Notes: generated from the sequence alone by a model not told the origin. A stretch of DNA of 64,000 nt from the human T2T-CHM13v2.0 reference genome, Homo sapiens (GCF_009914755.1 NC_060938.1); one strand, 5' to 3'; shown: positions 28,663-50,256, numbered from the stretch's first letter. Numbers and translations: made by a program.

Positions 28663-29940
28663 CAAGGGAACTTTAAAAAGTTTGTGGAAAATGGAATTAA
28701 AAGATAAATATAAAAAATATAAACTTTAGTTCTCAATATAAGCTCCATCAGGAACAAGACACTTTTGTAAGCAATGATACCAGGCATTTAGTTCATCCCT
28801 AAATAACTGAGGGTCCTAGGAATTTAACTATGTCAGCGAAATCTTTTTTTATTATTATTACTGAAGAAAAATGGGTTCCTTTTACAAATTTTTTGAGGTT
28901 AGGAAACAAAAAGAAGTAAGAAGGAGCCAAGTCAGGACTGTAAGGTGGATACCTAATGATTTCCCATGGAAACTCTTGCAAAATTGCCCTTGTTTGTTGA
29001 GAGGAAATGAGCAGGAGCATTGTTGTGGTGGGGAAAGGACTCTGGTGAAGCTTTCCTAGGTATTTTTCTGCTAAAGCTTTAGCTAACTTTCTCATAATAA
29101 TAAGCAGATGGTATTGTATTTTGGCCCTCCAGAAACTCAATAAGCAAAATGCCATGAGTATTTTGAATTGTGAGTTTTTTGAATTGTTGCTATGACCTTT
29201 ACTTGTAACCAGTCCACTTTTGCTTTGACTGGACTACTTCCACCTCTTAGTAGACATTGCTTTGATTGTTTTTGTCTTCAGTACTGGTAAAGGCATGTTT
29301 CATCTCCTGTTCTTTGAAGAAAGGCTTCAGGATCTTGATCACAGTTGCTTAAAATTTCCACTGAATGCACTGCTCTTGTCTGCAGCTGATCTGGGTGCAA
29401 CAGTTTTGGCACCCATTGAGTGGAAAGTTTGCCCAACTTTAATTTTTCAGTCAGAATTGTGTAAGCTGAACCAGCTGAGATGTCTATGGTGTTGCCTATT
29501 GTTTCTGCTGTTAATCATCAGTCCTTTTCAATTAGGGCATGAACAAGTTTTTTTTTTTTTCCTCACAAATTGATGCAGATGGTCTGCCACTGAGGGCTTC
29601 ATCTTCAACATTTTCTTGCTCCTTCTCAAAATGAGTTATCCATTTGTAAACTGCTGATTTCTTTGGGGCATTGTCCCCATAAACTTTTTGTAATGATTTT
29701 GCCATTCTTCCATCCAGTCTTCACCATAGATGTTTGTTCTTTTTTCAATTTAGTAGAATTCACATTGCTCTGATAGGAGCTTTTTTCAAATGGTCTTATG
29801 CTTCTTTGTGCTTCCAACTAGGTGCTGTTCAGACATGTTATAACAAGTTAATACAAGTTTGTTTTGGTGCAAATGTTTTTAAAATCCATGCATAGTTTTT
29901 AAATAATATGTATTTTTCATAAACTTTTTGAAGTCTCTTG
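28663..29940 (-). mobile_element. HSMAR2 mariner transposon, full length (~1.28 kb), transposase disrupted
   Basis: Inverted termini caagggaactttaaaaagtttgtggaaaa / ttttcataaactttttgaagtctcttg followed by TA. ORF 28799-29155 carries the mariner motif PPYSPDLAPS. N-terminal remnant at 29626-29817. Confidence 0.93.
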
Positions 29941-30221
29941 TATTTGATGACTTCTACCATGGACATTGAACAACTATACTGTTTAACGCTAAATCTGAAT
30001 TTAATGATGGATTTGGTTTTCCTCTTTTAAATCATGTGTAAATGACTATTAATTCTATTATGTGGGTTTTGGTTATGCTGCAATGCATTGTACCCATGGA
30101 ACAGCACAACTAATGGCTAATACTTCTAATGTGAGGAATTTAATTCATCTTTAAAATGATTATAAATAAGTAGCAATATGAAAATAATAATAAGAGGTAT
30201 TAAGTTCCTTCATTTTTCTAA

Positions 30222-30356
<135 letters not shown>

Positions 30357-31693
30357 TAAAGAACTTTACATTGAGGAGCTGATATGTGGGACTTATTGCT
30401 GTTCTTAACTGACATGTTAACATTCTTAGATTTTCAGTTTATAGAACTTTACTGTTTTGTGAAAAATGAACAGTACTCAATACCAAATTGTTTTATTTAG
30501 TACATTAATTTTTCTGTGGACTTGTTAGGTCTCTTGAGATTGAGCCTGGAATACATTCGTTCTTTTAGAAGTCTGTCCTTGGCAGCCATATTGAAATGGC
30601 GTTTATTTTCAGTCATGAGTGTTTTTTTCTTTTTTAAAGAAATTGGGGCTTAATTTAGTTAGTAGTAAGCCAATAAAAATATGAATTGGGCTCCTTGCCA
30701 TGAAAAAGGGTAGATTTACTCATTGTGCACTGTCTACAGTGAAACTACATTTATGAGCCATGAGCCATGAAATATATTTTGTTGAAAGGTATAATGTAAG
30801 GCTGGCCCTGTGGTTCAACAGTCATATTATATATATCCATTCTGGAAATGAACCTGGGATCCTGGCTTTTGTGAGGGATGGAGAGATGGTTATAGTCTCT
30901 CTCATGGGAGCAAGTGGGTATTTGTATACTTGAAAAGCGCAGGCACAGATGTTGCTAGATGGAGCAAATCATTTCTTGGTCTCATTTTAAAATGTGAACT
31001 ATTGAATGAAAGGCTGATCCAGAAACTGTTGTTGCTTAACAAAAGAAAATAGTGGAAAGAATATACTATGAAAAAAAAGTGGGTAAATCGAGTCCAAGAA
31101 ACTAAAAAGCAATAGAAAAAGTCAGAGACCCCAAGAACAAAAACAAGAAAGATGAAACAAATAATAAAACCTACATGCATCTTCAAAAACAAAACCAAAA
31201 TCTGGAACATGTTGCATAATATTTTACATGTGAACATCAAGGCTCCAAGGTAAAGTTACATTTAAATGATATTTAATATCTTAAGGCTAAATTTTATTCA
31301 GTTCTTTATTCTCTTAAAGTCCTACAGCCTACAAGCATGAAGCCAACAGGATGTAAAACAACCTAAAACCCCCTTTGAGATAACAGATTTATTAAACAAT
31401 TGTCTTAAATGCTAAAATTGAAGTTTGAAGAGATAGACAATATTGCGTTTTATAATGTAAAAAGTTATACATGATGTAGACATTTATTTCTTATCTCTTA
31501 CAAAGAGCCAGAATCGTGTATCTTTAAAATAAATTTACTTCAAAATCTTTACTTTTAATGTCCGTGAAGTTCACGTGTTTAAAATAGTACTCCTCTGTTA
31601 CTAGGTTTTGCATTTTCCAATAATTTTGTCAAAATTTTTCATATACAGATTTTCTTATGTCCGGGTAGCTTTCTTCTGTTCCTAGAATGTTGA

Positions 31694-32011
<318 letters not shown>

Positions 32012-32145
32012 TGAATTCAGTTTGCTGGTGTTTTGTCAGGGATTCTTGCATTAGTGTTCATAAAGGATATTGGCTCATAGTGTTTTCTAGCTTTATTAAG
32101 ATATAATTAAAAAAGAAAAATTATATATATTTAAGATAGAGAAGA

Positions 32146-35988
<3,843 letters not shown>

Positions 35989-36985
35989 GGTTTTTGTTTG
36001 TATTTTCTTGATGATTAGTGATGTTGAGCAGCTTTTCATACACCTTTTGGCCATTCATATGTTATCTTTGGGGAAATGACTATTCAGGTCCTTTGCCCAT
36101 TTTTAAGTTGAGTTATTTGGTTTTGTTTGCCTTTGAGCTATTCAAGTTCTTTATATAATTTGGGTATTAACCCTTTATTGGATGTATAGTTTGTATAGTT
36201 TGCAAATATATTTTCCCAATGTGTAGGTTGGTTTTTCATTTTGTTGTTTATTTCCTTTGTTGTCTAGAGCTTTTTAGTTTGATGTAGCTCTATTTGTTTA
36301 TTTTCAGTTTTGTTGCGTATTTGGTGTCTTATCCAGAAAACCATTGCCAAAGTTAACATCAAGGATCTTTCTCACTATGTTTTCTCTTAAGAATTTTATG
36401 GTTTCAGGTTTTATTTTTAAGTCTTTAGTCCATTTTGAGTTGATGTTTTTTAATATGGTGTATGATAAGGGCCAGTTTCATTCACTTGTATGTGTATAGT
36501 TCTCTCAGTGCCATTGACTAAAAATATTAGCCTTTTTCCATTGTATGTTTTCATGCCCTTATCAAAAATTAGTTGACTGCAGATGTTTGGGTTTATTTCT
36601 GGGCTCCCTATTCTGTTCCAATGTGTATATGTTTGTTTTTGTGTCAATACCATACTATAGCTTTGTAATATTATCTGATATCAGCAAATTTGGTGTTTCC
36701 AACTTTGTTCTTCCTTTTCAAGGCTGTTTTGTTTTTTGTGGGTATTTTGTGGTTTCATGTGAACTTTATAATTTTTTTCTATTTGTATTGAAAATGCCAT
36801 GAGAATGTTGATAGGGATTTTGTTGAATCTGTATACTGCTTTTGGTAGTATGGACATTTTAACAATATTCCTCTATTCTTACGGACATGGGATTTGTTGC
36901 CGTTTATTTATGTTGTCTTCAGTGTTTCATATTTTTCAGTGTGTACAGCTTTGACCTCCTTTGTTAAATTTGTTCTTAAGTATCT

Positions 36986-37233
36986 TAATCTTTTTGATTA
37001 ATCTTTTGATTAGCCTTTGAAAAAGGCTAATGTAATGTTTTGATTACATTACATTAAAGGCTAATGTAATGTTTTGATTTTTTTCAGATATATCAATATT
37101 AGTATAAAGAAATATAGCTGATTTTTGCATGTCTGTTTTGATTACAAAAAAGCTAATGTAATGTTTTGATTTTTTTTTCAGATACTTCACTATTAGTATA
37201 AAGAAATATAGCTGATTTTTGCATGTCTGTTTT
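36986..37233. repeat. Complex local duplication with fold-back snippets
   Basis: ~80-bp copies at 37060-37139 and 37152-37233, preceded by three short inverted repeats. Confidence 0.85.
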
Positions 37234-37683
37234 CTATCTTGCTACTTTATTGAATTCATTTTCTAATTCTAACTTTTTGGTCTAATCTTTATGATTTTGT
37301 ACATATAGGATCATGTCATATGCAGAGAGGCATAATTTTACTTCTTGATTTCCTATTTGGATGTATTTTATTTTTCTTGTCTAATTGCTCTTTATAATAC
37401 TTCCAATTCTATGTTGAATGTAATTGATGAAAGTGGACGTCCTTGTCTTGGGGTCAGGCAAAAACTGAAAACTTTTCCTCTGTTGATTATAATGTTAGGC
37501 ATAGGCCTTTCATAAATGACCTCAATTTTGTTCAGGACATTTTATTCTAAACTTATTTTGTTGACAGTTGTTATGAAAAGATTTTGAACTTTGTCAAATG
37601 CTTTCCCTGCATATATATTGAGATGATCATGTGGTTTTTATTTTTCATTCTATTGATGAGTTGTATAACATTGATTTGCATTT

Positions 37684-40763
<3,080 letters not shown>

Positions 40764-40916
40764 TGATTTGCATTTGTTAAACCAACCTTGCATCCCAGGC
40801 ATAAATTTACGTACTCATGATGTAAAATCTTCTTGGTATGTTGTTGATTGCATCTCTTCATCTGAGATACTGGCTTTTAGTTTTCTTGTAGTCTCTGTCT
40901 GGCTTTTATATCAGAA

Positions 40917-41465
40917 TGTATAGTCAGGGTTCTCTAGAGGGACAGAACTAATAGATAGATGTATATATGAAGGGGAGTTTATTACGGAGTATTGACTCAC
41001 ACGATCACAAGGTGAAGCCCCACTATACACCATCTGCAAGCTAAGGAGCAAGGGAGGAAGCCAGTCCGAGTCCCAAAATCTCAAAAGTAGGGAAGCCGAC
41101 AGAGCAGCCTTCAGTCTGTGGCCGAAGGCTTGAGTGCCCCTGGCAAACCACTGGTTTAAGTCCAAGAGTCCACAAGCCGAAGAACTTGGAGTCCAATGTT
41201 TGAGGACAGAAAGCATCCAGCATGGGAGAAAGATGAAGTCTGGAAGACTCAGCAAGTCTGCTCTTTCCACCTTCTTTTGCCTGCTTTATTCTAGCCACAC
41301 TGGCAGCTGATTAGGTGGTGCCCACCCAGATTGAGAATGCGTCTGCCTCTCCCGGCTCACTGACTCTTGTTAGTCTCCTTTGGCAACACCCTCACAGACA
41401 CACCCAGGAACAATACTTTGCATCCTTCCATCCAATCAAGTTGACATTCACTATTAACCATCACA
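40917..41465 (-). mobile_element. MLT2A (MLT2A2-like) ERVL solo LTR
   Basis: TG...CA ends (tgtatagtcagggttctctag ... caagttgacattcactattaaccatcaca). 5-bp TSD cagaa/cagag. 549 bp. Confidence 0.9.
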
Positions 41466-41647
41466 CAGAGTATAGAATGAGTTAGGGAGTGTTTCTTCCT
41501 CTTCACTTTTTTAGAAACATTTGAGAAGGATTGGTGATAGTTCTTCTTTAAATGTTTCATCTAGGTTACCCAGTTTGCTCATAGTTCTCTCATATAATCC
41601 TATAATCCTTTTAATTTCTTTAGAATTGGTAATAATGGCTCCACTTT

Positions 41648-41755
41648 CATTTCTGATTTTAGTAATTTAAGTCTTCTCTCCTTTTTCCTTAGTCTATTTA
41701 GCATTTCTGATTTTACTAATTTAAGTCTTCTCTCGTTTTTTCTTAGTCTGTTTAG
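41648..41755. repeat. 54-bp tandem duplication in old L1
   Basis: catttctgatttta(g/c)taatttaagtcttctctc... occurs twice with about 4 mismatches. Confidence 0.88.
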
Positions 41756-41959
41756 CTAAAGATCTGGTAATTTTGTTGATCTTTTTGACAGAATCACCTC
41801 AATTTATTTATTTTTCTCTTTTTTCTATTCTCTATTTTGTTTATTTCTGCTTTAATCTTCATTATTTTCTTTTTTCTGCTAGTTTTAGGTTTAGTTTGTT
41901 CTTCTCTTTCTAGTTCCTTAAGTGTAATGTTAGATTGTTGATTTAAGACTTTTCTTGTT

Positions 41960-42386
<427 letters not shown>

Positions 42387-43589
42387 TAATTTTCCTTGCG
42401 ATTTTTTTTGAAACATTGGTTATTTAATAGTGTATTGTACGATTTCTACAAATTTGTGAATTTTCTAGTTTTTCTTCCATTATTGGTTGCTAACCTCATC
42501 CTGTTATGATTGGGGAAGATACTTTGTATGATATCAATTTTTTAAAAATTTATTAACACTTAAATTATGGCCTAAAATATGGCCTGTCCTGGAAAATGTT
42601 CCATGTGCACTTTAGAGGAATGTGTAGTGTATTTTCTTGTAGTTGAGTATAGTGTTCCATATATGTTTTTTCAGTCCAGTTGGTTTATTCTATTGTTCAA
42701 GTCCTCTGTTTTATTTATCTTTTGTCTAGTTTTTCTATCTATTATTGAGAGGGGAGTATTGAAGGCTTTAACTATTATTGTAAAACTCTCCCTTTGGTTC
42801 ATATGTTTTGATGGTCTGTTATTAGGTAAGTAAATATTTTAACTAATATGTTATGTTCTTTTGTCTTATGAACACTTAAAGTTGAAAATCTGTTTTGCCT
42901 CATATTAGTATTTACCTCTGTTCTGTTTTTGTTACTATTCGCATGGAATAGCCTTTTTCATTCTTTTACTTTTAACCTATTTGTGATTTTGAATCCAAAG
43001 TTAGTTTCTTGTAGATAACATATAGTTGGATCATGGTTTTATTTATTTTTTATGTATTCTACCAATTTCTATCTTTTGATTGGAGGGTTTAATTAAGCCA
43101 CATTTAAAGTTATTACTGATAAGGATGGTCTTCCATCATTTTTTATTTGTTTTACATGTGCCTTATAGCTTTTTCTCCCTTATTTCCTATATAACTGTTT
43201 TCTTTGTGTTTATTTTTTAGTGCCACATTGAAATTCTTTGCTTATCCTCTATTGTGTATATTCTTGAGCTATTCTTTTGTCATTATGATGATTACATTTA
43301 TTATCCTAAGTTGTAGCACTCTGAATTTATACAAGCTTAACTTCAGTAACATGCAAAAACTCTGCTTTTAAACAGTTCTGTCCTCACCCCTTTTAGTTGA
43401 CAGCACCACAGAATTACATCTTTATATATTGTGTGTCCAAGATTATTAATAAATTATTTTTTTAAATGTGTTAGTTTCTTAAATTATGTAGAAAACAAAA
43501 TGTGAGTTATAAAACTTAGTAATAATACTGGCTTTTAGACTAATTTTTTTAAAAAAGATATTAGTCTCTTAAATCTTACAATGTTATAC

Positions 43590-44800
43590 CTTTTGATTAT
43601 CTTTTTTACTTACACCTCTTGTATGCTCTATTTTGTGCTTTTTAATTTTTTAAAAAAGTTTGTTTTAAAAGTTAGGATAATTTCTCTTGTCCCATCTTCA
43701 AGTTCACTTATTCTTCTATTTTGCCCATTCTGCTGATAAGGCCATCAAAGGAATTCTTTTTAATATTGCAATTTTTATATCTAGTATTTTCATTCACTTT
43801 TTAAAAATGATTTTCACTTCTTAAATTCCCTACCTGTTCATACATATTATCCACCTTTTCCATTAGATCCTTTAAGTTATTAATCATAGTATTTTCTTAA
43901 CTCCTCCTCTTATCTTTGGGTTTGATTCTGTTGACTGTTTTGTGTCCTCATGATACATTTGTTTTCCTGTTTGTTTTAGTTATTATTTGAATATTGGACA
44001 TTCTGTATGACAGAATAGTAGATTCTGAGATAAATAATATTTATGCACAGAAATATTTACATGCCTTTTTCTGCTAGGCCATTAGTGTCAAGAGCTGAGT
44101 ATTCTGTATTTTGATCTTGGTTTTGGTTTTTTGTTGCTCCAGTTCCTATCAATGTACCACAGGCTTCAAATTCATCTAGTCACAATTTATTGCCACCTTG
44201 CTTTTAGTGTGAGGCCTGGAGTGCTGGAAGGAGTTTTCTAGGTTTTCTTGTTCTACCCTCTAGTTTTCAACAGGCTCTGTAAGCCTGAGCCACAGAGGGC
44301 TTCTCTCTTGGTGTTGCTCCCCTATAGTAGATTGCCCTTGCTTTTTACTTAGAATAAGTCTTATGGTGGGAAGAAGGTTTTTCTTGCTTCTCCTTTTCCA
44401 ACGTTAGTCATAGGAGGACCTGTGTGCCTGAGGATCAGGATGGTGCTTTCTTAGTGTTCCTATTTCTTTCCCAGAGGCCAACAATTTGTATCTGTTACTT
44501 CAGGGTACAGGTGGCTTTTCTGTCCCTCCCCAGACTCGCAACTGAAGTTTGTCTTGTTTTGTTGCAGGTGGGGAATCTTGGGCACAGGGCTGTTTCCTGC
44601 CTCTCCCCTAGACTTATGCTTTGCATCAGTGTAGGACCCTAGGTGTGAGTTGGTTTCCTGCCTTTCCTCAGTGGTTGGTTTCTCTTTCCTGTTTCAATGT
44701 AGGACTAGGAATGCGGGCAGTAGGTTTTCTACCCCTCCTCCATTGGCACCCAATCTTTGCTCCTCCGTAGCAGTGGAGGCTTGGATGTTTTTTTTTTTTA
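43590..44800 (-). mobile_element. Probable ancient L1M ORF1/5' region
   Basis: T-rich degenerate sequence with tcttcaagttcact..ccattctgctg..gccatc. Weak recognition. Confidence 0.4.
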
Positions 44801-46155
44801 AAATAATTTATTTCCTCTTGCATTTAGTGCTTCATTATTGCTGATTTTATTGGGTCTGTTTCATGGAATATCCTCCTCATCTTTCTTTTTTAGTCTTCTA
44901 TGGTGGTGGTACTTCTTAGAACATGAAGATTTAAATAAGGGTTAGAATTCCCTGTAAAGTAGGTTTAGCCTGATTGTCTATTTTTTCCCAGTAAGTTATT
45001 AAATTAAATAAACTTGGGCAACACTTTGTTTGGAGCCCTTTTTGTGTTTCTTTCTGCCTTTACCTCTATGGGTTGGAGTTTTAAATGTAGGATGTGTCCT
45101 TTAGATAAGGTATAACCTTAGTGTTCTTACTTTTCCCAAGTTTTTCATACTTAACATCTGATTTGAAGGGAGGGAGGAGCACTTTTTGTGTGTTTGTGTG
45201 TGTGTCTGTTGGTGGTGGTGGTGGTGGTAGGGCCTTCATCAAGCATTGAATATTTATAATACAATTAGTTCCAAGATCCTAGAAGTAGACTTTTGTCTTT
45301 GTCCATAAAGACTGTACATACATTTTATATCTACAACAGTTAAAAAGGCAAATTGTTACGATTACAAATAAACATGTATACACTTCAAGCAGTAAATCTT
45401 GGCCGTAACAGTTTCTTTTAGCCATCTGTGGCTAAATAGTGAAGGAATTTAGATAATTAGTAGTGATATCAGAATTGCTAAATAATTTGTTTTTTTTGGT
45501 CCAGGAACTATTTATCTACCAAAATAGAATGTGTAACTCATACTTCCCTTCTCTTCAGTCTTCTACCTTGACAAAGGGATTACATTCTATACAGAGGACT
45601 TTAGTTATTAGAGCCAGGATTAGCTCAAGCTTTCTCTTTGTTGATATATTGTGGCCTTATACTTAGATATGTGCCAAAGTAAATCCTAAATTGAGTTCTT
45701 GTATCAGAAGTTAACTTTCTTTTCTGGAATTATTATCTGAAGCTATCTGCTTTCTTATTGTTTTTCTTATTACTGTAGACCTAAAAATATATTTTTACCT
45801 AACTAAATTTTTAGAAACATTTAGAAAGGAACTGAAGAAGTTGCTTTGTGAAGTGACTTTTCAAAGAATGATTTGAGGTGCTGTTCATAAGGTATGAGGA
45901 TAAGGTATCAGTTTTGTAAAGCTGTAATATTTTCACATTCATCCTAACAGTTGTCCATGTCGTTGCTAGAAGATTACATCTAATAAGCTCCAGTTATCCC
46001 TTTACAATGGTCTTTCCCCCAACCCAAAACTTCTAGCCTCTAGTGCTCTCTCCTTTCCTTTCCTTATTGTAACAAAATTTCCATTTTATATTCTGTTTTC
46101 CTACAAAGGGAACTAGTTTAATTTCTCTAGAGGCAAATAGAGAATACATCAATTA

Positions 46156-46386
<231 letters not shown>

Positions 46387-47002
46387 CTACACCTTATTTG
46401 TTTCTAAAATGTGGACACAGGCACTTTCAAGATAATTTTAATTATGTATTTTTGGGAGTGGATGACATAAGGTCTTGGGAGGCATTGGTCTCCCAAGAAC
46501 TATATTTTTGTTCTTTTATAAAACTTTGATAAGGAATAAAACCAAAAGAATACTGCGTTGAGATTTTTAGGTGATTGTTACTGAGATCTTTTCACAATGA
46601 AGTTAGTTAAACTAGAGAAATAGATGAAGAATATTTGTGAATTTCTCATTCACAGGGTATCATTAGTAAATAATTATAACTCAAATTGTACTGGCAGTAC
46701 TCTTCTGGTGTGCTCAAAACAATACATAAACATGTTTTATTCTGTGCCAGTGGGAGCAAGCAGTGGGAAAACTTAACTGCTAATTGAAATTCCCTAGATT
46801 ATGGCCATAGTGGTTAGTTTAGGAAAGTCTAATTGATTGTCAATGTGAGACTCTCTTTTTAATAATCATCTAGCTTTCTAGTTAATATTTTACTACCTTC
46901 CACTCAAAGAAGAGTTATTCCCTTAATTGATACAAATCATGAACATTTGTGACACAACTAGATTCATCCATTTCAAGTTATTAATCAAATATAACTACTG
47001 TC

Positions 47003-47295
47003 TTCTTTTTTCTTTTTGAAATGGAGTCTCTATTGCCCAAACTAGAGTGCAGTGGCGTGATCTCGGCTCACTGCAACCTCCGCTTCCTGGGTTCACGCAA
47101 CTCTCCTGCTTCAACCTTCTGAGTAGCTGGAAAAACAGGCGCACACCACCATGCCTGTCTAATTTTTTGTATTTTTAGTAGAGACGGGGTTTCACCATGT
47201 TGGCCAGGCTGGTCTCGAACTCTGACCCCACGTGATCCACACGCCTCAGCCTCCCAAAGTGCTGGGATTACAGGCATGAGCCACCGCGCCTGGCC
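47003..47295 (-). mobile_element. AluS
   Basis: Dimeric Alu. TSD ataactact at 46991 and 47296. Confidence 0.92.
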
Positions 47296-48115
47296 ATAAC
47301 TACTATTTTCACTAAGTATACAAGTGATTTATTTAATGTGAGCTGTTCATTTGTGAATGATTATGGAAATAAAAAAAAAAGACTTGTTGGCAAAGTGTTG
47401 AATAGATAACTTTATTGTTATTATTTTATTTCTTTCATGTACTCCAGCAGATAAAGATAATGTACCTTCTGAACCTACTCTTAAAATTCCCAAGAAATCA
47501 ATTGACAGATTAGTTATAAGTAAGAAATTTAAAACTTGATTTTAAACATTTATAATTTATATCCGCATGATTTTTTGTAAATTTTGGTTTGGATTCTTAG
47601 AAGTTCATATCACATTTTAATGAATGTTTATGAGTAAATTTCTGTATTACTCAAATACTTGAATAGTGAAAAATAATTAAAAATTACGGAGTATTTAAGG
47701 TAGATATAAATTTGTCATATATATGGTTTCAGGCAAACTTTGATACCGGCCATGAAAATACTACATGATGAAATATTTAAGTAGTTTCATATAAGAGTTA
47801 CGGTTTTATTAAAAGCACTGCTAGTTTATATTTATGTAAATATATGCATTATGTAAATACATAATTTATATATATCTTTAAATTTCTGTGTAAAATAATC
47901 ATATGTAAAGCTGAGAAGTAAGAATGACTTCTCTAATATGATATTTCAGAATGCCTTTCTCAGTTTTATGGGAATATCTATTACTTTCATTCTATGACAT
48001 GTTGTGACATTTTTATGATAAAATATCTTTATTTAAGGTGTGTATTCTTAAATTTTCCTTATGCATGATTTAAATGAAGCTGTTTGCTACCAAAATTCTG
48101 CAGAATGAAATTTTT

Positions 48116-48603
48116 TTCTTTTACTGATACATAATATTTTACATATTTATGGGGTACATGTGAATATTTTTACATGCATAGAATGTGTAATTATCAAGTC
48201 AGGATATTTGGGGTATCCGTCACCTTGAGTATTTATTATTTCTATGTGTTGGTAACCTTTCAAGTCCTCTCTTCTGGCTACTTAGAAATATATAACATAT
48301 TGTTGCTAACTGTAGTCACCCTAGTCTCTTATTGAACATTAGAACTTATTTCTTCTATCTAACTGTAAGTTTATACTCATTCACTAACCTCTCTTTATTT
48401 TTCCTTTCCGCCCTCACACCCTTCCCAGCCTCTGCTATATTCTAGTGTCTATCTCCATGAGATCAAGTTTTTATGTGAGTGAGAACATGCAAAAGTTGTC
48501 TTTCTGTGTCTGGTTTATTTTACTTAACCTGATGAACTCCAATTCCCTCCATGTTGCTGCAAATGACGTGGTTTAATTCCTTTGAATGGCTAAATAGTAA
48601 TAC

Positions 48604-48650
<47 letters not shown>

Positions 48651-49615
48651 CACATTTTTTTAATCCATTTGTCCATAGATGGATACTTAGATTGATTCTA
48701 CAGTTTTTGCTATTGTGAATGGTGTTGTGATGAACATGTAAGTGCAAGGTGTCCTTGATATACTGATTTCTTTTCCTTTGGTTAGATACCCAGTAGTGGG
48801 ATTGCTGGATCATATAGTTCTATTTTAATTTTTTGAGGAATCTCCATACTGGTTTCTGTAATGGTTATACCAATTTGCATTCCCACCAATAGAATCCTCT
48901 TTTCTCTGTATCCTTACCAGCATGTGTAATTTTTTGTCTTTTTAATAATAGCCCTGCTAACTGGGGTAAGATGCTATCTCATTGTGGTTTATATTTGCAT
49001 TTCCCTGATGATTAGTGATGTTGAGCATTTTTTCATATACCTGTTGGCATTTGTATGTCTTCTTTTGAAAAAGTTTCTATTCATATTCTTTGCCTACTTT
49101 TTAATGAGATTACCTTTTTTTATTGTTGAATTGAGTTCTTTGTATATTCTAGATGTTAGGTCCTTGTAAGATGAATAGTTTGCAAATATTTTCTCCCAAT
49201 CAACATCTTGTCTCCTCACTCTGTTGATTGTTTCCTTTGCTGTGCAGAAGTTTTTAGTTTAACATAGTTCCATTTGTCTATTTTTGTTTTACTTACCTAT
49301 GCTTTTGAGGTCTTAGCCATAAAATCTTTGCCTAAACCAATGTCCTCAAGTGTTTCCCCTTTGTTTTTTTCTAGTAGTTTTATATCATCTGGTCATACAT
49401 TTAAGTCTTTAATTCACCTTGAGTTGATTTTTGTATATGGTGAGAGATAGGAGTCCAGTTACATTATTCTGCATATGAATATCCAATTTTCCCAGCACCA
49501 CTTATTAAAGAAGGAATTCTTTCCCCAGTGTACGTACTTGGTATCATTGTTGATTATTAATTGGCCGTAAACACGTGGCTTTATTTCCGGGTTCTCTATT
49601 ATGTTCCACTGATCT
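48116..49615 (-). mobile_element. 5'-truncated L1MA (MA4/5-like) with a (TG)n tract at ~48606-48645
   Basis: acatatttatggggtacatgtga 3' end. TSD tg(c/t)agaatgaaattttt at 48099 and 49616. Confidence 0.88.
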
Positions 49616-49842
49616 TGTAGAATGAAATTTTTATCTTAATTTCATGTAGAGCTTGTCTTTATACTGCTTTGTGGTAGCTACAATGCTCTATCACAAAGCA
49701 ATACAAAGATATAGATGCACGTACTTATTTCTGTCTTATGTTGACATAACTGGCATAAGTTCTGTACTATCAATCAGCAAACTTTAAAAATGATTTTTAA
49801 CTGTGAAGGTTTAATGTCCTGAGTCACAAGACATGATAATAT

Positions 49843-50094
49843 CTATTATTATATCATCAGTAGTGAAAATAATTGTAGTAGTTATGATGATATTGAATTA
49901 AGTCAGTTAATTAGAACCTGATGGTAATTAGAAGAAAATTTCTTGCTTGATCTCTATTAGCAGAGAATATCTAACTATTATTATATCATCAGTAGTGAAA
50001 ATAATTGTAGTAGTTATGGTGGTATTGAATTAAGTCAGTTAATTAGAACCTGATGGTAATTAGAAGAAAATTTCTTGTTTGATCTCTATTAGCA
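49843..50094. repeat. 120-bp near-perfect tandem duplication with a 12-bp spacer
   Basis: Copies at 49843-49962 and 49975-50094 with 3 mismatches; spacer gagaatatctaa. Confidence 0.93.
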
Positions 50095-50256
50095 CTATTA
50101 ATTTTGTTTTCTTGTGTGGCCATAGACTGCATTCATAAAAACCAACTTGCTGAGCAAAAGTAATTGATTATCACAAATCTATTACTCTTATTGGCAAAGC
50201 AATTAAAAAATCTATGACTCTTGAAGAAATAGAATAGGGTCCAGTTCACAAAAATA

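Noticed and set aside
30902-31240. 112-aa hydrophobic minus-strand ORF resembling a membrane protein
   Set aside because: The Phe richness follows from the A-rich + strand, and it starts at TTG.
44568-44644. Possible cryptic exon (ttttgttgcag ... gt|gtgagt)
   Set aside because: Lies in degenerate repeat-like DNA; splice-like motifs alone are insufficient.
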